NCBI GenBank assembly: GCA_964016885.1
Contig: OZ024741.1
Span: 195,362,001 to 195,426,000 of the forward strand
From: Eledone cirrhosa
Lineage: Eukaryota
Direction of reading: 5' to 3'
Length of the DNA: 64,000 nucleotides
Positions 26,922-40,639 of this stretch are shown here, one piece after another. Positions within the stretch are counted from its first letter, which is position 1. Every line of letters starts with the position of its first letter. The notes beneath the pieces were generated by a model that saw only the letters and a program-made list of their open reading frames with translations, did no database searches and had not been told where the DNA came from. A program made the translations under genes and the position numbers.

Positions 26922-29900
26922 CTACAGAGCGGTCCCGTTCATTCGGATCCGACTCGCCACTTTCACTCACCTTTCAACAAACTTACTAGAAGACAGCACT
27001 TGCCTTTCCACCCTGATTTTCCTCTTCAAGTGAAACTTGAAAAAGTTAATCAGGGATTGGCCGGAGAGGAAAGTGTCCGTCGTCAACCCTTTCAATCTTG
27101 TCCACCATACAACTATTTCGCCATGGCCACCAGGCAGATGAAAACAGCCTGCCCTTCCTCCTCTTTAAAGGAAGATGGCGGGTCTATCTGCACAATGGAC
27201 TCAGTCGATAACCGGATCCGTCCTACACGCCACAGCAGCTGTTTGACATAGCTCAACACGTCAGCCATCCTCGGGCACTGAACGAGTGTGTGCAGGACGG
27301 TTTCGTCGCCCCTGCGCGCATCTCGAACAGGCTCGGCTGACAGCACCTCCGTGCCTGTAGAGCTTATCCCTAACCGGCAACGCTCCCCGGTAGCACTGCC
27401 AGGCCAGGGATTTCTGGACGTTGTCCATAGGCGCCGGTCTGAAAGTTCTCTTGAAGAGAGCGAACAGCTGATCGTCTTCGACTCCCAGGGTCTCCCCGAG
27501 AACGTCATCGCTCTTTCCCTTCACTAGCCCTCTATAGAACGCCGAGGTGGATGTTCCACCGATACTAGTGCCCAGCCGGTAGAGGGCGATGAGCGCTTGG
27601 AGACATTCCAACTTCAGAGCGCTATCCCTCGGTCTTTTCCTGATCCAGGACTGCAGCTCCGTCAAGGGGATGAGCTGGGGAAAAGCGCGTCTGGCAAACG
27701 GCGACCACACCTGTTCAACGTCAAGGAAGCACCAGAGATGTCGCAGCCTCAGCGCATATTTGCGCATCATCAGCCACGGCATGCCTAATCCTCAGAGTTG
27801 GGCGGGGGCAAGGTACGATGGTTAGGCGGTAGCAGATGACGGACGCTATGTACGCATTCGCCACCTCCGCCCGACCTTTCAGAGACAGCCTACTCTCAGC
27901 CCATTTCTGGGTGAGAGAGGCCACCCTGCTCCTCACCTCGCTCCAGTTTTTCTCCATCTGGAGATCCGGACGGAACCAGACCCCGAGCAATTTAACCAGT
28001 CCTTCCGTCCAGCGCCCCACGACGCTGTCGGACGGCATGGACTTGCCTCCCCAGGTGCCGAGTTGCAATTCCACCGACTTTTCTTGGTTTATCTTTGCTC
28101 CTGTCACTGCTTCGTATTCCTTGAGGGCGGTGCCGAGCAACTGGACGTGTTTGGTGCTCGACACCACCACGGTGACGTAGTCGGCGTAAGCTGAACCAGA
28201 TCTCCCGCATCCCAGTTCGAGTGGGACCTGCTTCATCGTCTCCAATTTGTGTAGTAAAGGCTCTAGGGCCCGTATGTACAAGAGGGACGAGAGGGGGCAA
28301 CCCTGGCGGACCGAGCGCATGATGCTGAAAGGCTGTGACAGGTGACCATTCACCCTCACAACCGAGCAGATGTCGCTGTGCATCGCAGCGATTCAGCCCC
28401 TAAAAACGGGCTCGAAACCGACCGCCTTGAGGACCGCAGCCAGGTACCGATGGTCGACCCTATCAAATGCTTTAGATTGATCCAAGTTGATCAGGGCTCC
28501 ACCCGTGACAGGTTCATTAACCACCCTCTCTATGATGTATCGCATGAGATGGAGGTTGTCGTGGATGGATCTGTCCGAGATGGCGCATGTCTGCGCCTCT
28601 CCAACCAGATCACCGACGATAAGCGCCAATCTCTTTGCTAACACCTTGGCCAAAATCTTAAACTCTGCATTTAGCAGTGTTATGGGCCTGAAGTCGTCTA
28701 TAACGTCCCCCTTGTTCGGGTCTTTTCTCAACTGCGCCACCGCTCCCCGGCTCACAAAACTGGGAATTCTCCCCTTCTGCTGCCAGTTACAGTAGACATC
28801 TGCCAAGAGGTCGCCGAACAAGTCTGGCATATACGCATAAAACTCGTAGGGCAGACCATCCAAACCTGGAGATTTACCCCTCTTGCAGTCCCCTCTTGCA
28901 GTCAGAAATCGCGCCCCGTATTTCACCTGCTGTTATCGGCTTCTCGCAGCACTGCACTGCGGTCGTCGAGAGCCGCGGCAGTCCATCGAGATATACACTG
29001 AAGTCCATACTCCGATCCGGCCCGCCGCCGCTCCCGAACAATTGAGCAAAGTGCTGTTGAAAAGCCGCACACATCTGCTCGGGTTCGAGCAACATGCGCC
29101 CGTTTTGATCAGGCAAAGACCGAATTGTGGACTTCTTGCAACGTCGCGCCTCCACCACCCGGGCCCATTGAACGGCTTTCGTCTCCTCGTGTCTTAGAGC
29201 ACGCGTTCTAACTCTAACAACGCAGCCTTCATGCTTTGTGTTGAAGAATTGGTCGACTGCCAATCTCGCCGCAAGCGCGTCGGTTGCGATGCCTGTCCTA
29301 AACGCCTCTTCTAGCTTTCTAACTAACTCTCCCTCTACTCTATTTTCCTCTATCTCTACTCCTTTGCTAAACCTTATCGATTCTATTCTAATAGCCCTTT
29401 TCATGGTAAACCACCACCTGTTGTTGACGATGGCACTCGTCAACGCACCACGCTTAACTAATTCGCTTATCCGGTCTCTGTAAGCTTTGCGCGCCGGGAA
29501 CGACGCGTTCAGCTTCCAGTAACCGGGCCCTTGCCTATGGAGTCTATCTAAGTCAACTTCACAGATCACAAATTTGTGGTCCGTGTAGTCGACTACTTTA
29601 AATTGTGGACAACCTACACTAGCCTTATCTGTTTCCCTACAGAATATCTTATCTAAATACGATCTGGATGACCCGATGCGGTTTGCCCATGTCCACATTG
29701 ACACATTCGGATAATCCAGTCGATACCTGTCAGACAGTTCCAAACGTCTGAGCAGGTTGTTGAGGCTTTTACACCCTCCTGCCCTGTCTACTAGCCCCAC
29801 ATAATCCCAGCTTGCATCTAAGATACCGTTCCAGTCGCCCACTAACACTAAAGAGCGGGACGTTCCAAGAAAAGTCTCTATACGTCTGAAGAAATCTGTC

Positions 29901-30256
29901 TGTCCTGCCCCTGTTGGGGCGTAGACGGCTACTAGCCTGAAAGCATTACCTTCGCTGCCGGTCACGTCCAGCACCACCGACTTACCTTCTGGGTCCAGGA
30001 AGGTGGCCCGTATGGCAAGATCCAAGCCTCTCCGGAAAAGCATGGCACCCCCCTCCCTCGATCCTGGACGGCTGGGAGATGCGTATACATCGTAGCCGCC
30101 GAAGATCGGTGTGAAGGCTCATGCTTCGGAGATTCTGATCTCGCTGACGGCCCCCACATCTATATTTAGTGAACTGAGATCGTTGAGCAGGTGACCCTGC
30201 TTCCAAGATGACCCCAGGCCACGTACATTTATACTGCCTATTCTAAGTACAGCCAT
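26922..30256 (-). pseudogene. Tx1 family B ORF2 (APE endonuclease, RT, zf-RVT), disrupted
   Basis: INVRGLG, VYAP, VGDWN, SYLD, YTDH, WKLN, SPGLDG, FRPITLLN, DQSKAFDRVDH, RQGCPLS and YADY motifs across several frames. Confidence 0.92.
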
Positions 30257-30288
30257 GATGGATGAAAAGCAGGGTAAGTGAGAAAGGA

Positions 30289-32282
30289 TCACTTACCTTG
30301 ATCGTGTGGTGAAGGGACAGTAGAACCGTCCCTATGGCTGGTCATGGATGTTTCCAAGAGGATGTCGGTGTATATCCTCTTGGTAACCGACCCTCTGAAG
30401 TCTCCAACTGCGTTGGGGAATTTTTGTTTTAAAAGTTTGTAATGTTCTATATTGATTTCAATGATGTTTACGTTTGTCGGGAGAGTTCTTGGTCTTGGTG
30501 GGGTGTAGTTATTTTTTTCTGTGATGTATGTGTGCTGCTTTATATGTTGTAAGAGTTCTTTATTTGCCATGTTTATGGCTGTGTACGTTTTGGGGGGAGG
30601 GGTGATTTTGTTGCTGTTTTCTTGTTGTTGCTGTTGGGTGTGTGTGTTTTGTTCTGTTTGCGGTGTTGGTGTTTTTGGTGATGCTGATGGTGATGTGGTT
30701 GTTGTTAGTGGTGATGCTTGTGGTGGTGATGGTGATGGTGGTGGTATTGCTGCAAGTTTCCTTGCAGCCTTTACCCCTCTTTGTCTGCCTTCGCTTTTGG
30801 AGGGTTTTTCCTTTTTGTTTTTTGTGGCAGACCTTTTGTCACTTCACTCCCGTCTAATACTCCATGTCAGATTCCGTGGCGTCTGGGAGGGGTATGAGCT
30901 CCACTGCTGTTGGTGGTGGTAGTGGAGCCCGCTCCGGCGATTTTGCCACCGGCGTAACTACTGCGACTGTTGGTGTTGCCGCCACTGCTGCCGCTGCTTT
31001 AATTGTCCGTGGCCTTGGTATGGGTGCCACGGACGTTGCCATCCTACTCACCATGGAAGGGTCTTCTGCCTCTGTTGCCTGCCCTGCTCTTGGTAGCAGT
31101 GGATCAGGCGTCAAAAGGGGGGGGGCTTCTTCTTGGCCGTCTTCTGCGGGCAGAAGGCATTGAGGTGACCCTTCTGCCCACAGAGATAGCACTTTGGGCG
31201 CCTTCCTTCCACGCTTATAGGGAGTTGGAGCCCTTCTTCGAGGTCTATGAGGTCTGGGATGGCCTCGATGCACTCCTGGTCACTCTGTATTAACATTTGC
31301 ATGCCTATTCCTGACCAGTTCTCTCTTCCCATTCTCTGTATTTGCAGTATGGTGGTCTTCTCTTCGATTCCAGCCAGTACAAACGCGGCCATCCAAGGTA
31401 TGGGCACGTCGGGCGACCCCTGGGTCACTTTGACCCTCACAATTTTCTACTCGCAGTAGGAGGGCGCCAAGACTATCTCCTCACTCTTTAGGGTTTCCAA
31501 AGAGTGAGACTTCGCCTCTTGGAGGTGGCGAAAAGTACGTCTACTGTAGCGTACTTTTTGCTTCGGGTGATGTGGGTATTTCGCGCCGAGACGCACCCCA
31601 AGGCCTTTTGGATTTGAGCCTCCGTGGCTCTCTCCACCCGATGTGACATTTTGCTTGCGGCGCGATAAGTCACCGTGCGCATCTGCTGGTCTTTGAAGAA
31701 TCGGGTGGAGGTGTCAGGGAAACTCTGTTGTCGTTTCTCGACACCATGGCTCTTGCGACTGCCATCTCCTCCTCTGTGACTAGCACTGTGTCTATATTTC
31801 GGCCACACCTGCGAAAGAAGTGGCCCCTTTTTCAGCGGCACCATTATTGCTGTCGCTACTGCTGCTACTGGTCTTGTTGTTGGTGATGTTGCTGTTGCTA
31901 CTGCTACAAATGGTGTTGTTGGTGTTGTTGGTGTTATCACTGTTGTAGTTGGTTGTGTTTTTGGTGCCACCGTTGTTGTTGTTTTCGGTGAAATTTGTAT
32001 TGTTGCTGTTGGTGTTGTCGTTGTTTAATTTCCTGTTAGTGGTGTTAATATCGTTGTTGGATTTGTTTCATTTTTTCTGTTGTCTGTATTTTGGTTGACG
32101 CTGTTATTGTTGTAGTTGGTGTGGTATTTTTTTTTCTTTTTAGTGTTCTCAGTGTTGTCGTCTTTGTTCACGTTGTTTGTGGTGGTGTCTGTTGTATAAA
32201 TTTCACTAACCCTCCTCTCAACTTTTATGCCGTTGTCACATGACAGCAGACATATTGCTGGGGGGGGGGGGGGCTCAGCCAT
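30289..32282 (-). pseudogene. Tx1 family B ORF1 (gag-like), disrupted
   Basis: CYLCGQKGHLNAFC (CX2CX4HX4C); homologous to ORF 62419-63342. Confidence 0.85.
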
Positions 32283-32485
32283 GTTTTTTATTTATTAATT
32301 TTTTTTTATTTTCTTTTAAAGTAAAATGTTCAAATATTTGGGCCAAAAGGCCCAAATATTATACTTTCCCCTTCACAGGGCAAGAAATATACCCATTACA
32401 CAACAAGAAATATTTAACAAGAAATAATTTTAACAGGCAAATAAAGCGACTTACTGGGAGCGAGCAAAAGACGTCCGATTAGACC

Positions 32486-32530
<45 letters not shown>

Positions 32531-32703
32531 TGTTTCTACTTTTAGCACAAGGCCAGCAAATACCCAGTACATTACTGGTACTTTATTTTATCGACACCGT
32601 AAGGATGAAAGGCAAAGCTAACCTCGTCGGGATTTGAACTCAGACCATAAAAGGCTGTAACTCAATGCTGCAAAGCATGGCGTCCGACTCTCTACCGATA
32701 CTG
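32531..32703 (-). mobile_element. tRNA-derived SINE (S1) whose (ATT)n tail abuts the Tx1 family B 5' end
   Basis: S1 homology; the tail is the (AAT)n tract at 32486-32530. Confidence 0.85.
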
Positions 32704-33169
32704 GATGATGATGATATGCTTGCTTGGCAATATGGGCCCAAAACGATGGAGATAATACAGGTACCATTACATCATGAACAACAAACAGATAGAAACCATG
32801 ATAAAGACAGAGAAATAATGCAACAAAGTCAACTTAATAAAAATCATTAAAAGAATTATTTCACAAAACTTTCTGTCGACATTTCCATGGAAAGTATTCT
32901 AGTTTAATTACAAATCATCTTTGATGTTCGTTTATTGGAGTCTTTCTTTTTTCTCTCCTTCTTCACTCTTCTTCTTTGTGTCAGATGTTCCTATCGCCAG
33001 CTACTTGTTTTTATTCCACGTTACAGAAGTTATTCTACATCTAAGAGAATTTTCCACTGAACAAAGTATCTATGTTTCCGGTTTTCCTCTACATCACCAA
33101 ATCTCAAGGCTAAAGTTAATCAGAGTTTTTCTATACATTACTACTCCTGTTACGACCATCACCACCACC

Positions 33170-33204
<35 letters not shown>

Positions 33205-33224
33205 ATGTTTGTATGTATGTATGG

Positions 33225-33399
33225 TTGAACGCTTGATGAGGGGGGTGATTTTGGACACCCTGCGGGATGAAAAACAATACCCATCAAAGGGCGGAGGAAC
33301 TCAGCAGAGTCAACGGTCATCCAATAGTTTTTTGTTTGTTTTTTTGTGAGGCGGGGGCGGGGAAAGACTGCTAGTCTTCATTAAGACATCTCTCTAAAA
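33225..33399 (+). mobile_element. 5' half of an RTE-like non-autonomous repeat, split by a hAT element
   Basis: Homologous to 7460-7605; continues at 36518-36680. Confidence 0.65.
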
Positions 33400-33923
33400 C
33401 AAAGGTTCTCAACCCATTTCGGCCCCTCGAAATCACGAAACGCCCCCCATTCTTATTTTTACATTTTCCAATATACTACTGATTTTAATATCAGTAGATT
33501 ACTGGGCCAAATCAAGTTATGTTAGAATCTTTAAAAAAATACTATTACGAATTAAATACAAAAAAGTATCAGTCCAAAACAAAAGCAAACTATTTCAAAT
33601 TATATATTTTTGAAAAATAGACGTGAATGTTCTCAAAGATTTGATCCCAGTCGAAAAAGCTTTTTTTTTTAAATTCTTTATTTCACTGTTAGCTGTTGCA
33701 ATATTTTGAGTAGATAGACAATTCTACAATTCAAACTGTAAAATCAAAATACAAAAGATGCAAAATATGAAGAATTTCTTACCTTTCTCTGAAATCACAA
33801 ACTAAGGGGGCAAATAGTACCTTGCAAAATAAAATACTTAGTAGCAACGAATGAATTGAGAAGCTTAGTGACAGTGAGAAAGAAATATCTGTATTCCTTA
33901 TATATATATATACATAGATAGAT

Positions 33924-34030
<107 letters not shown>

Positions 34031-34141
34031 TACATACACACACACAAACTTCTGTGTGGTTTTGGTTTTGGTTTTGGTACAGAAAGAATTTTGTCACCAG
34101 TTTTTATTGCCAGGTCAAAGGCCACTGCCCTTTTCAACAAC

Positions 34142-34200
<59 letters not shown>

Positions 34201-34483
34201 ATACTTGGGGAGGGTCATATTTGTGTATTATTGCCAGAATTAATAACAGAACACACTCACTGTATATATATATATATACACTCACTGTATATATATATAT
34301 ATATATATATAAATGGAGAGAAAGAGGGAGGGACGGAGAGAGTAAGAAATGTGTGTGCGTGTGTTTAGTACACGTCTATCTATCTATCTCCAACAGGGAG
34401 CTCAAACATGCGGCCCGCGAACTACTTTTCTGTGGCCTGTGGTAGAACCAATATTTCATATTGCATTATATCTGGTGAAAATA

Positions 34484-34700
34484 AGGCGGTGAGCTGGTGG
34501 AATCGTTAGCACATCTGGCGAAATGCTTAACGGTACTTCTTCCGTTTTTACGTTCTGAGTTCAAATTCCGCCGATCTCAACTTTGCCTTTCATCCTTTTG
34601 GGGTCAATGAATTAAGTACCAGTTGTGTACTAGGATCCATGTAATCGACTGAACCCTAAACCCCAAATTTCATGCCTTGTTCCTATAGTAGAAATGATTA
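34484..34700 (+). mobile_element. tRNA-derived SINE (family S2)
   Basis: GGCGGTGAGCTGG..GAATCGTTAGC head, GAGTTCAAATTCCGCCGA B box, core shared with S1. Confidence 0.85.
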
Positions 34701-34844
34701 TAACTGGTGAAAATCTTCACCCACCACCACGTTTGACCCACCGTGCCTCTCCTCCAGCACGTAATGGCCCTTTTGTGTCCTTGAGTTTGGGACCCCTCTT
34801 CAACACATACACACACACATATATATACTTTCCTTTTTATCTGT

Positions 34845-35085
34845 CTCTGGACTACGCCCATGGTGGAGCATTACTTTCGTAAGTTATGGGGACGTCAACA
34901 AACCAACAAGCATTGGTGGGAGGGCAAACACAAACGCAAAGACGCACAGACATATATACATATATACGACGTGCTTCTTTTAGTTTCGGTCTATCAAATC
35001 CACTCACAGGGCTTTGGCCGGCCTGGGCAGTGGGACTGAACCCGGAAATATGTGGTCGGGAAGCAAGCTCTTGTCACTCTGCGCA
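34845..35085 (-). mobile_element. tRNA-derived SINE (family S3), degenerate
   Basis: Minus-strand head GCTTGCTTCCCGACCACAT..CCGGGTTCAGTCCCACTG. Confidence 0.65.
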
Positions 35086-35289
35086 TGTATATATATATAT
35101 ATGTGAGTGTGTGTATAATATATATATATTATACACACACACACACATATATATATATCCTTACACACTTAAATATAAATGCATGTATATATATACAAAT
35201 GTATAATTGCATAGCTATATACATACGTAAATGTATGTATGTATATATGTATGTAGATTTAAATATATATATATGTATGTATGTAGATT

Positions 35290-35321
<32 letters not shown>

Positions 35322-35479
35322 TATATCCAGGGGGTGTAACTAGGAGTTACTGCAGGTTCACCCGGGAGAGCACTCGATGTTTAGGTTCACTTCTGTGATG
35401 AGGTGTAGAGCTATACAGAGTGTAATATATAGAAAGGGTAAAAAGGACGATTGATTATTCCTTCATTGCATTTATTGAT

Positions 35480-35567
35480 AGGTGACGCGCGTTTCGCCAC
35501 TGATCAGCTCAAGGTTCGATCTATATCGATCCTACCCGACTCAATAATCCGCAGCTCGTCGGACCCT
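35480..35567 (-). ncRNA. Type I hammerhead ribozyme motif (Penelope pLTR type; core variant CCGACGA)
   Basis: GGGT-CCGACGA-long stem II-GAAAC-GCGC-GTC-ACCT, inside the 35425-35726 inverted repeat. Confidence 0.55.
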
Positions 35568-35827
35568 CTTAAAATGCTATAAGAAACATTTTTCTTATAC
35601 CATTTTATAGATCGGGTAGGATCGATATAGATCGAACCTTGAGCTGATCAGTGGCGAAATGCGCGTCACCTATCAATAAATGCAATGAAGGAATAATCAA
35701 TCGTCCTTTTTATCCTTTCTATATATATATATATAAGTATGTATGTAGATTTATATATATATAAGTCTACATACATACATACATACATACATACATACAT
35801 ACATACATACATACATACATACATACA

Positions 35828-35861
<34 letters not shown>

Positions 35862-36814
35862 CATACATACATTCACGTATGTATATAGCTATGCATTTAT
35901 ACATTTGTATATATATATACATGCATTTATATTTAAGTATGTAAGGATGTTGACATGATTTATGTTGTTTGTTTTTTTTTTGTAAGGAGAAAATTTTTGT
36001 CTCCAGATTTTATTACCTAGGGAGATTAATTACCACAGCTCTGGCTGAAAGCTGATGGGTTCTCAACTTCATCAAACACTAATACCGGCCTGTGTGTGTA
36101 TATATGTGTGTGTGTGTATGTATGTATGTACGTATGCATGTGTGTATATGTTCGTATGTATGTATATGAATACATCCACACCTTTCACCACCATTGTTTC
36201 TTTTTGTTGTCATTTCTGTTGAAGTTGTTCTTGTAACTGTTGTAAAAGTTGACATTGTCCTTATTTTCATTCTCTTTTAATTTCTTTGGTTTTTCTTTTA
36301 TCTCCCTAGGGAATTCGTTGACAAGCTTCTTTTATTTATTTTTTTCGTTTTCTTCATTCAAATGCATTCACACTGGTTGTCTAGGAGACGTACAAAACTT
36401 ACCAAACTAAAGGGGCTTCCGGCAGCCCCCAAATCATCAAACGCCCCCCCCCCCCTAACGCCCATTGGTCCAAATGCCGCCCTAGACCTCCGAAATGCCC
36501 CCCTTTGAGAACCTTTGCTCTAGGAGAATTCACTCATATTAAACCTGCGACTTCGTTGTATCCAGTAATGTAGACGAGTTCTTATTTTGGGGCAAATGCC
36601 TTTGATGTTCAGAGAGTGGGATTGGCTCCGTGCAAAGCCTTTTCTCACTTAAAAAAGCTTCAAGCACAGGCATCGCTTGATATGTGACATTTCTTTACGA
36701 TGTGTAGTGACCTACATCCGCTTCAGATGCATGGTATTGCTGTATGTATGTATGTATGTATGTATGTATGTATGTATGTATGTATGTATGTATGTATGTA
36801 TGTATGTATGTATG

Positions 36815-37228
36815 TCCGGGAGAGATGACCCCTTAGCCTTTGTCAAGGCACAATTCTAGGAGAAGGAAAACTCTGATATAACACCTGCAACCCTGATGGT
36901 ATCCAATGATGTTGACTTGTTCTTCTTTTTGGTAAATATCATCTTGGTTAAGAGAGTGGGACTGGCTTTGTGCACTGCCATTGCTCACTATAAAAGCTTC
37001 ACGGCACAGGCATTGCTTTATATCTGGAGATCTCTCTGCACTTGTCATCACATGGTACCATGGGCCCAGCACTATGTGTCAATAATTGTCACAAGTGTAG
37101 TGTTTGTAACAGAGTTTTCAAGTCGCTGGCTGGATTAAAAAGTCACACTTGTTCAGCGCATCGGTAGGGGTTCGCCTACATGGATATAAAGTAGTGGCCG
37201 TACTCGAAAACGAGTTGGCAGCCACCAT
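36815..37228 (+). mobile_element. RTE-like non-autonomous repeat (variant B), 5'-truncated
   Basis: Close match to 7563-7975; (TATG)n on both sides. Confidence 0.8.
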
Positions 37229-37281
37229 GTATGTATGTATGTATGTATGTATGTATGTATGTATGTATGTATGTATGTATG

Positions 37282-37687
37282 TTCTTCTGGTTTTATAATT
37301 TCACAAATGTTTTCCCAATACAGAGAGAGTCGGTTTCTAACATAGACACAAGACTCTCTCATTGGAATTTACCCAACATCAACTAGTTAGATATGTATGT
37401 ATGCCTGCATGTGTAGATATGGATGTTATTGTATGTGTGGATGTGGATGTTTTGAGTTGCATGTGTGCATGTGTATATGCTTTGTATCTGTACATGTGTA
37501 TATGCAGTTATTAGATGCAACATTTTTGGAATGTTTTACATACTTTTACTATTCCATTAATGGATTGTACTTGTAATTTCCTAACTAGTTGTGTTCTTTC
37601 TGTTCCTGTGAAGCCTAGCTTCTCAAGATTTGTATTGAGGCAGTTACTAACATACCCTAGTGCCCCAATAATCACAGGCATAATCTG
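37282..37687 (-). pseudogene. 3' fragment of R4/Dong family 3
   Basis: Near-identical to 6605-7018; both junctions in (TATG)n. Confidence 0.9.
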
Positions 37688-37773
37688 TATGTATGTATGT
37701 ATGTATGTATGTATGTATGTATGTATGTATGTATGTATGTATGTATGTATGTATGTGTGTGTGTGTGTATGTA

Positions 37774-37872
<99 letters not shown>

Positions 37873-38477
37873 ATGCATGTATGTATATAAGATTTGGGGG
37901 GGGATAGAAACTAGCTCTTGGTAGCATCATTTAAAGTTATTGAAAAGGACCCGATAAGCGTGAACGTTTTTTGAGCCTGGAGTGATCGAACTGTTAAGAA
38001 AGATTTCCTTGCTTTTACAGAAGGTTCCCGGACGCGATCGTTAGATCTCAGAAGTTTCCTTCATAATATTATTGACATTAACTCTGAAATTGTAACTGAC
38101 TTTAATGGTGTATTTGTAGAATAGTTCATTGTATTTACAGCTCGTTTGAAAATTATTATTAATTAACGCTAAGAATTTTCTGCTTACTCGCTGTTCAGTA
38201 AATTGTACTATCAAATATAGCTAGCAATTTCGAGCTGCTGGGAGACTGAGAAAATAATACACAAACAAACCTGTCAGTCTCAGGCGAAAGCTACTTAGAT
38301 GAATCCTTTCAGATCCAGTGAAGAAAGCCATTGGCGATGCAGTGTAGAAGAGAATTGTATTTCACAGAGTGACAGTTTCGTTAAATCTGCGTTCTTCAGA
38401 TAAAGCTGAAATGAATTGATCTAGAAATTACCGTGTATACACACAAAGGCATATATATATATGGGTATGTATGTATA

Positions 38478-39104
38478 TTCTTCTGGTTTTACAATTTCAC
38501 AAATGTTTTCCCAATACAGAGAGAGTCGGTTTCTAACATAGACACAAGACTCTCTCATTGGAATTTACCCAACATCAACTAGGTAGATATGTATGTATGC
38601 CTGCATGTGTAGATATGGATGTTATTGTATGTGTGGATGTGTATATTTTGAGTTGTATGTGTGTATATGCTTTGTATCTGTACATGTGTATATGCAGTTA
38701 TTAGATGCAACATTTTTGGAATGTTTTACATATTTTTACTGTTCCATTAATGGATTGTACTTGTAATTTCCTAACTAGTTGTGTTCTTTCTGTTCCTGTG
38801 AAGCCTAGCTTCTCAAGATTTGTATTGAGGCAGTTACTAACATATCCCAGTGCCCCAATAATCACAGGCATAAATCTGAAAGTGTAATTAGGGTGGAGTA
38901 TCTGCAGATTTCTCATCAGTTCTGCATAAATATTCTCCTTTTGGCTAATCTTTGATATTATATTGGCATCTGCTGGGTAGCTAATTTCCACTACTGTGCA
39001 TGCTTTCTTCTCCCTGTCCCATATCATAATATCTGGTCTGTTATGCCTGCATTTTATTGGGGTGTTTACTGGAACATTCCACCAGTACTCTTTCATATTA
39101 TGTA
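38478..39104 (-). pseudogene. 3' fragment of R4/Dong family 3 (RLE domain)
   Basis: ORF 38701-39096 has HNRPDIMIWD...; both junctions in TATG repeats. Confidence 0.9.
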
Positions 39105-39126
39105 TGTATGTATGTATGTATGTTTG

Positions 39127-39160
<34 letters not shown>

Positions 39161-39164
39161 TATA

Positions 39165-39435
39165 TTACAAAGTACCAGTTGGTTGGTTTAATAGCCAGAT
39201 GGTTGTTTATTTGTTTATTGTCAAAGCTTTTTCATCACACATTCTGTGAACTCCTCAGTGATAATTTATTATTTTGTATCTCTCCTTTGTTCTGTCCTAC
39301 ATCATTTTTTTTTGTGTGGTGTGTGATGTTTGCTGTTTGCAAAATAACAAATTAGTCACTGAGGAGTTCACAGAATGTGTGACAAAAGAGTTTTTACAAT
39401 AAACAAATAAACCAACCAACTGACAGTTTGTAATA
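39165..39435. repeat. Penelope-like inverted pLTR remnant with degenerate hammerhead cores
   Basis: Arms at about 39165-39280 and 39338-39435, each with CTGAGGA-GTTCAC..GTGA followed by AATAAA. Confidence 0.6.
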
Positions 39436-39564
39436 AATCGAAGTGAAAATCAGCAGATGCATGTGTTTTTATTGGCAACATGACTCTCCCAAAGTATAAC
39501 TATCCGTTTCAACATACGTTTTCAGAAAAGAAACTTGCAAAAGAAATATAAAAATATATATAGA

Positions 39565-39651
<87 letters not shown>

Positions 39652-39689
39652 CTGTGTGTCTGTGTGTGTGTGTCTGTGTATGTGTCTGT

Positions 39690-39734
<45 letters not shown>

Positions 39735-40279
39735 TGTGTGTCTGTGTGTCTGTGTGTATGTGTCTGTGTCTGTGTGTGTGTCTGTGTGTGTATGTGTGTG
39801 CGTATGAATGTGTGTTTATCTGTTTAGAGCTGTCCGCACTCACATAAAATATTTGCGTCTTTCTACAGGAGTGTAACATGTTTTAATCAAAAGCCGTATT
39901 TGAATAAATAATAAAAGGAAATGTTCATAATGGCTACACTTGTTGATTATTAGGAAAGTTCAAAGCAATTCTTGGGATGATTAAAAAGAGAAACTAGGCA
40001 AAAAAACTGATGCCTGCCATTTGTTTGCTTTAGAAGTTCACGTATCTTTCCAGAATCAACTGCCACGACCGTCCACCTCCAACCAGTATTAATAAGTGTC
40101 TATAAACTTGATGATCTTCGATGTTTTAGTAGCCATGTCTGGCTGCCACTCGTAATTCACATTTACTTCAATATATTAACTCATATACACTGATATACAA
40201 CTTTATATAAACATAAGCGTACACACTGATTATACATGTAATACCTGTATTCGTACATACATCCTACACCGCCGCATGA

Positions 40280-40344
40280 ATACAAACATATATGTACAGT
40301 ATATACCAAAAGGATACTTTAACATTTATATGTTTATATAAATG

Positions 40345-40378
<34 letters not shown>

Positions 40379-40438
40379 CATTTATATAAACATATTAATG
40401 TTAAAGTATCCTTTTGGTATATACATATATGTTTGTAT
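40280..40438. repeat. Palindrome centred on (TA)n
   Basis: Arms of about 65 bp of unique sequence are reverse complements around the TA run. Confidence 0.85.
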
Positions 40439-40558
40439 ATATATATCTATATTATATATATATGAAATACCCATGATCGTTTGGTAAATCACTGATGAGG
40501 GACTCATTTTATAACATGTTATCCATGTGCAACCAGCAGTATTCTTCTCACCCATATT

Positions 40559-40634
<76 letters not shown>

Positions 40635-40639
<5 letters not shown>

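Larger units (their letters stand above)
26658..32485 (-). mobile_element. Full-length Tx1-clade LINE, family B (~5.8 kb, frameshifted)
   Basis: 5' end GGTCTAATCGGACGTC..., ORF1 with a CCHC knuckle, ORF2 APE-RT-zf, 3' AATAAA; (AAT)n directly at both ends. Confidence 0.95.
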
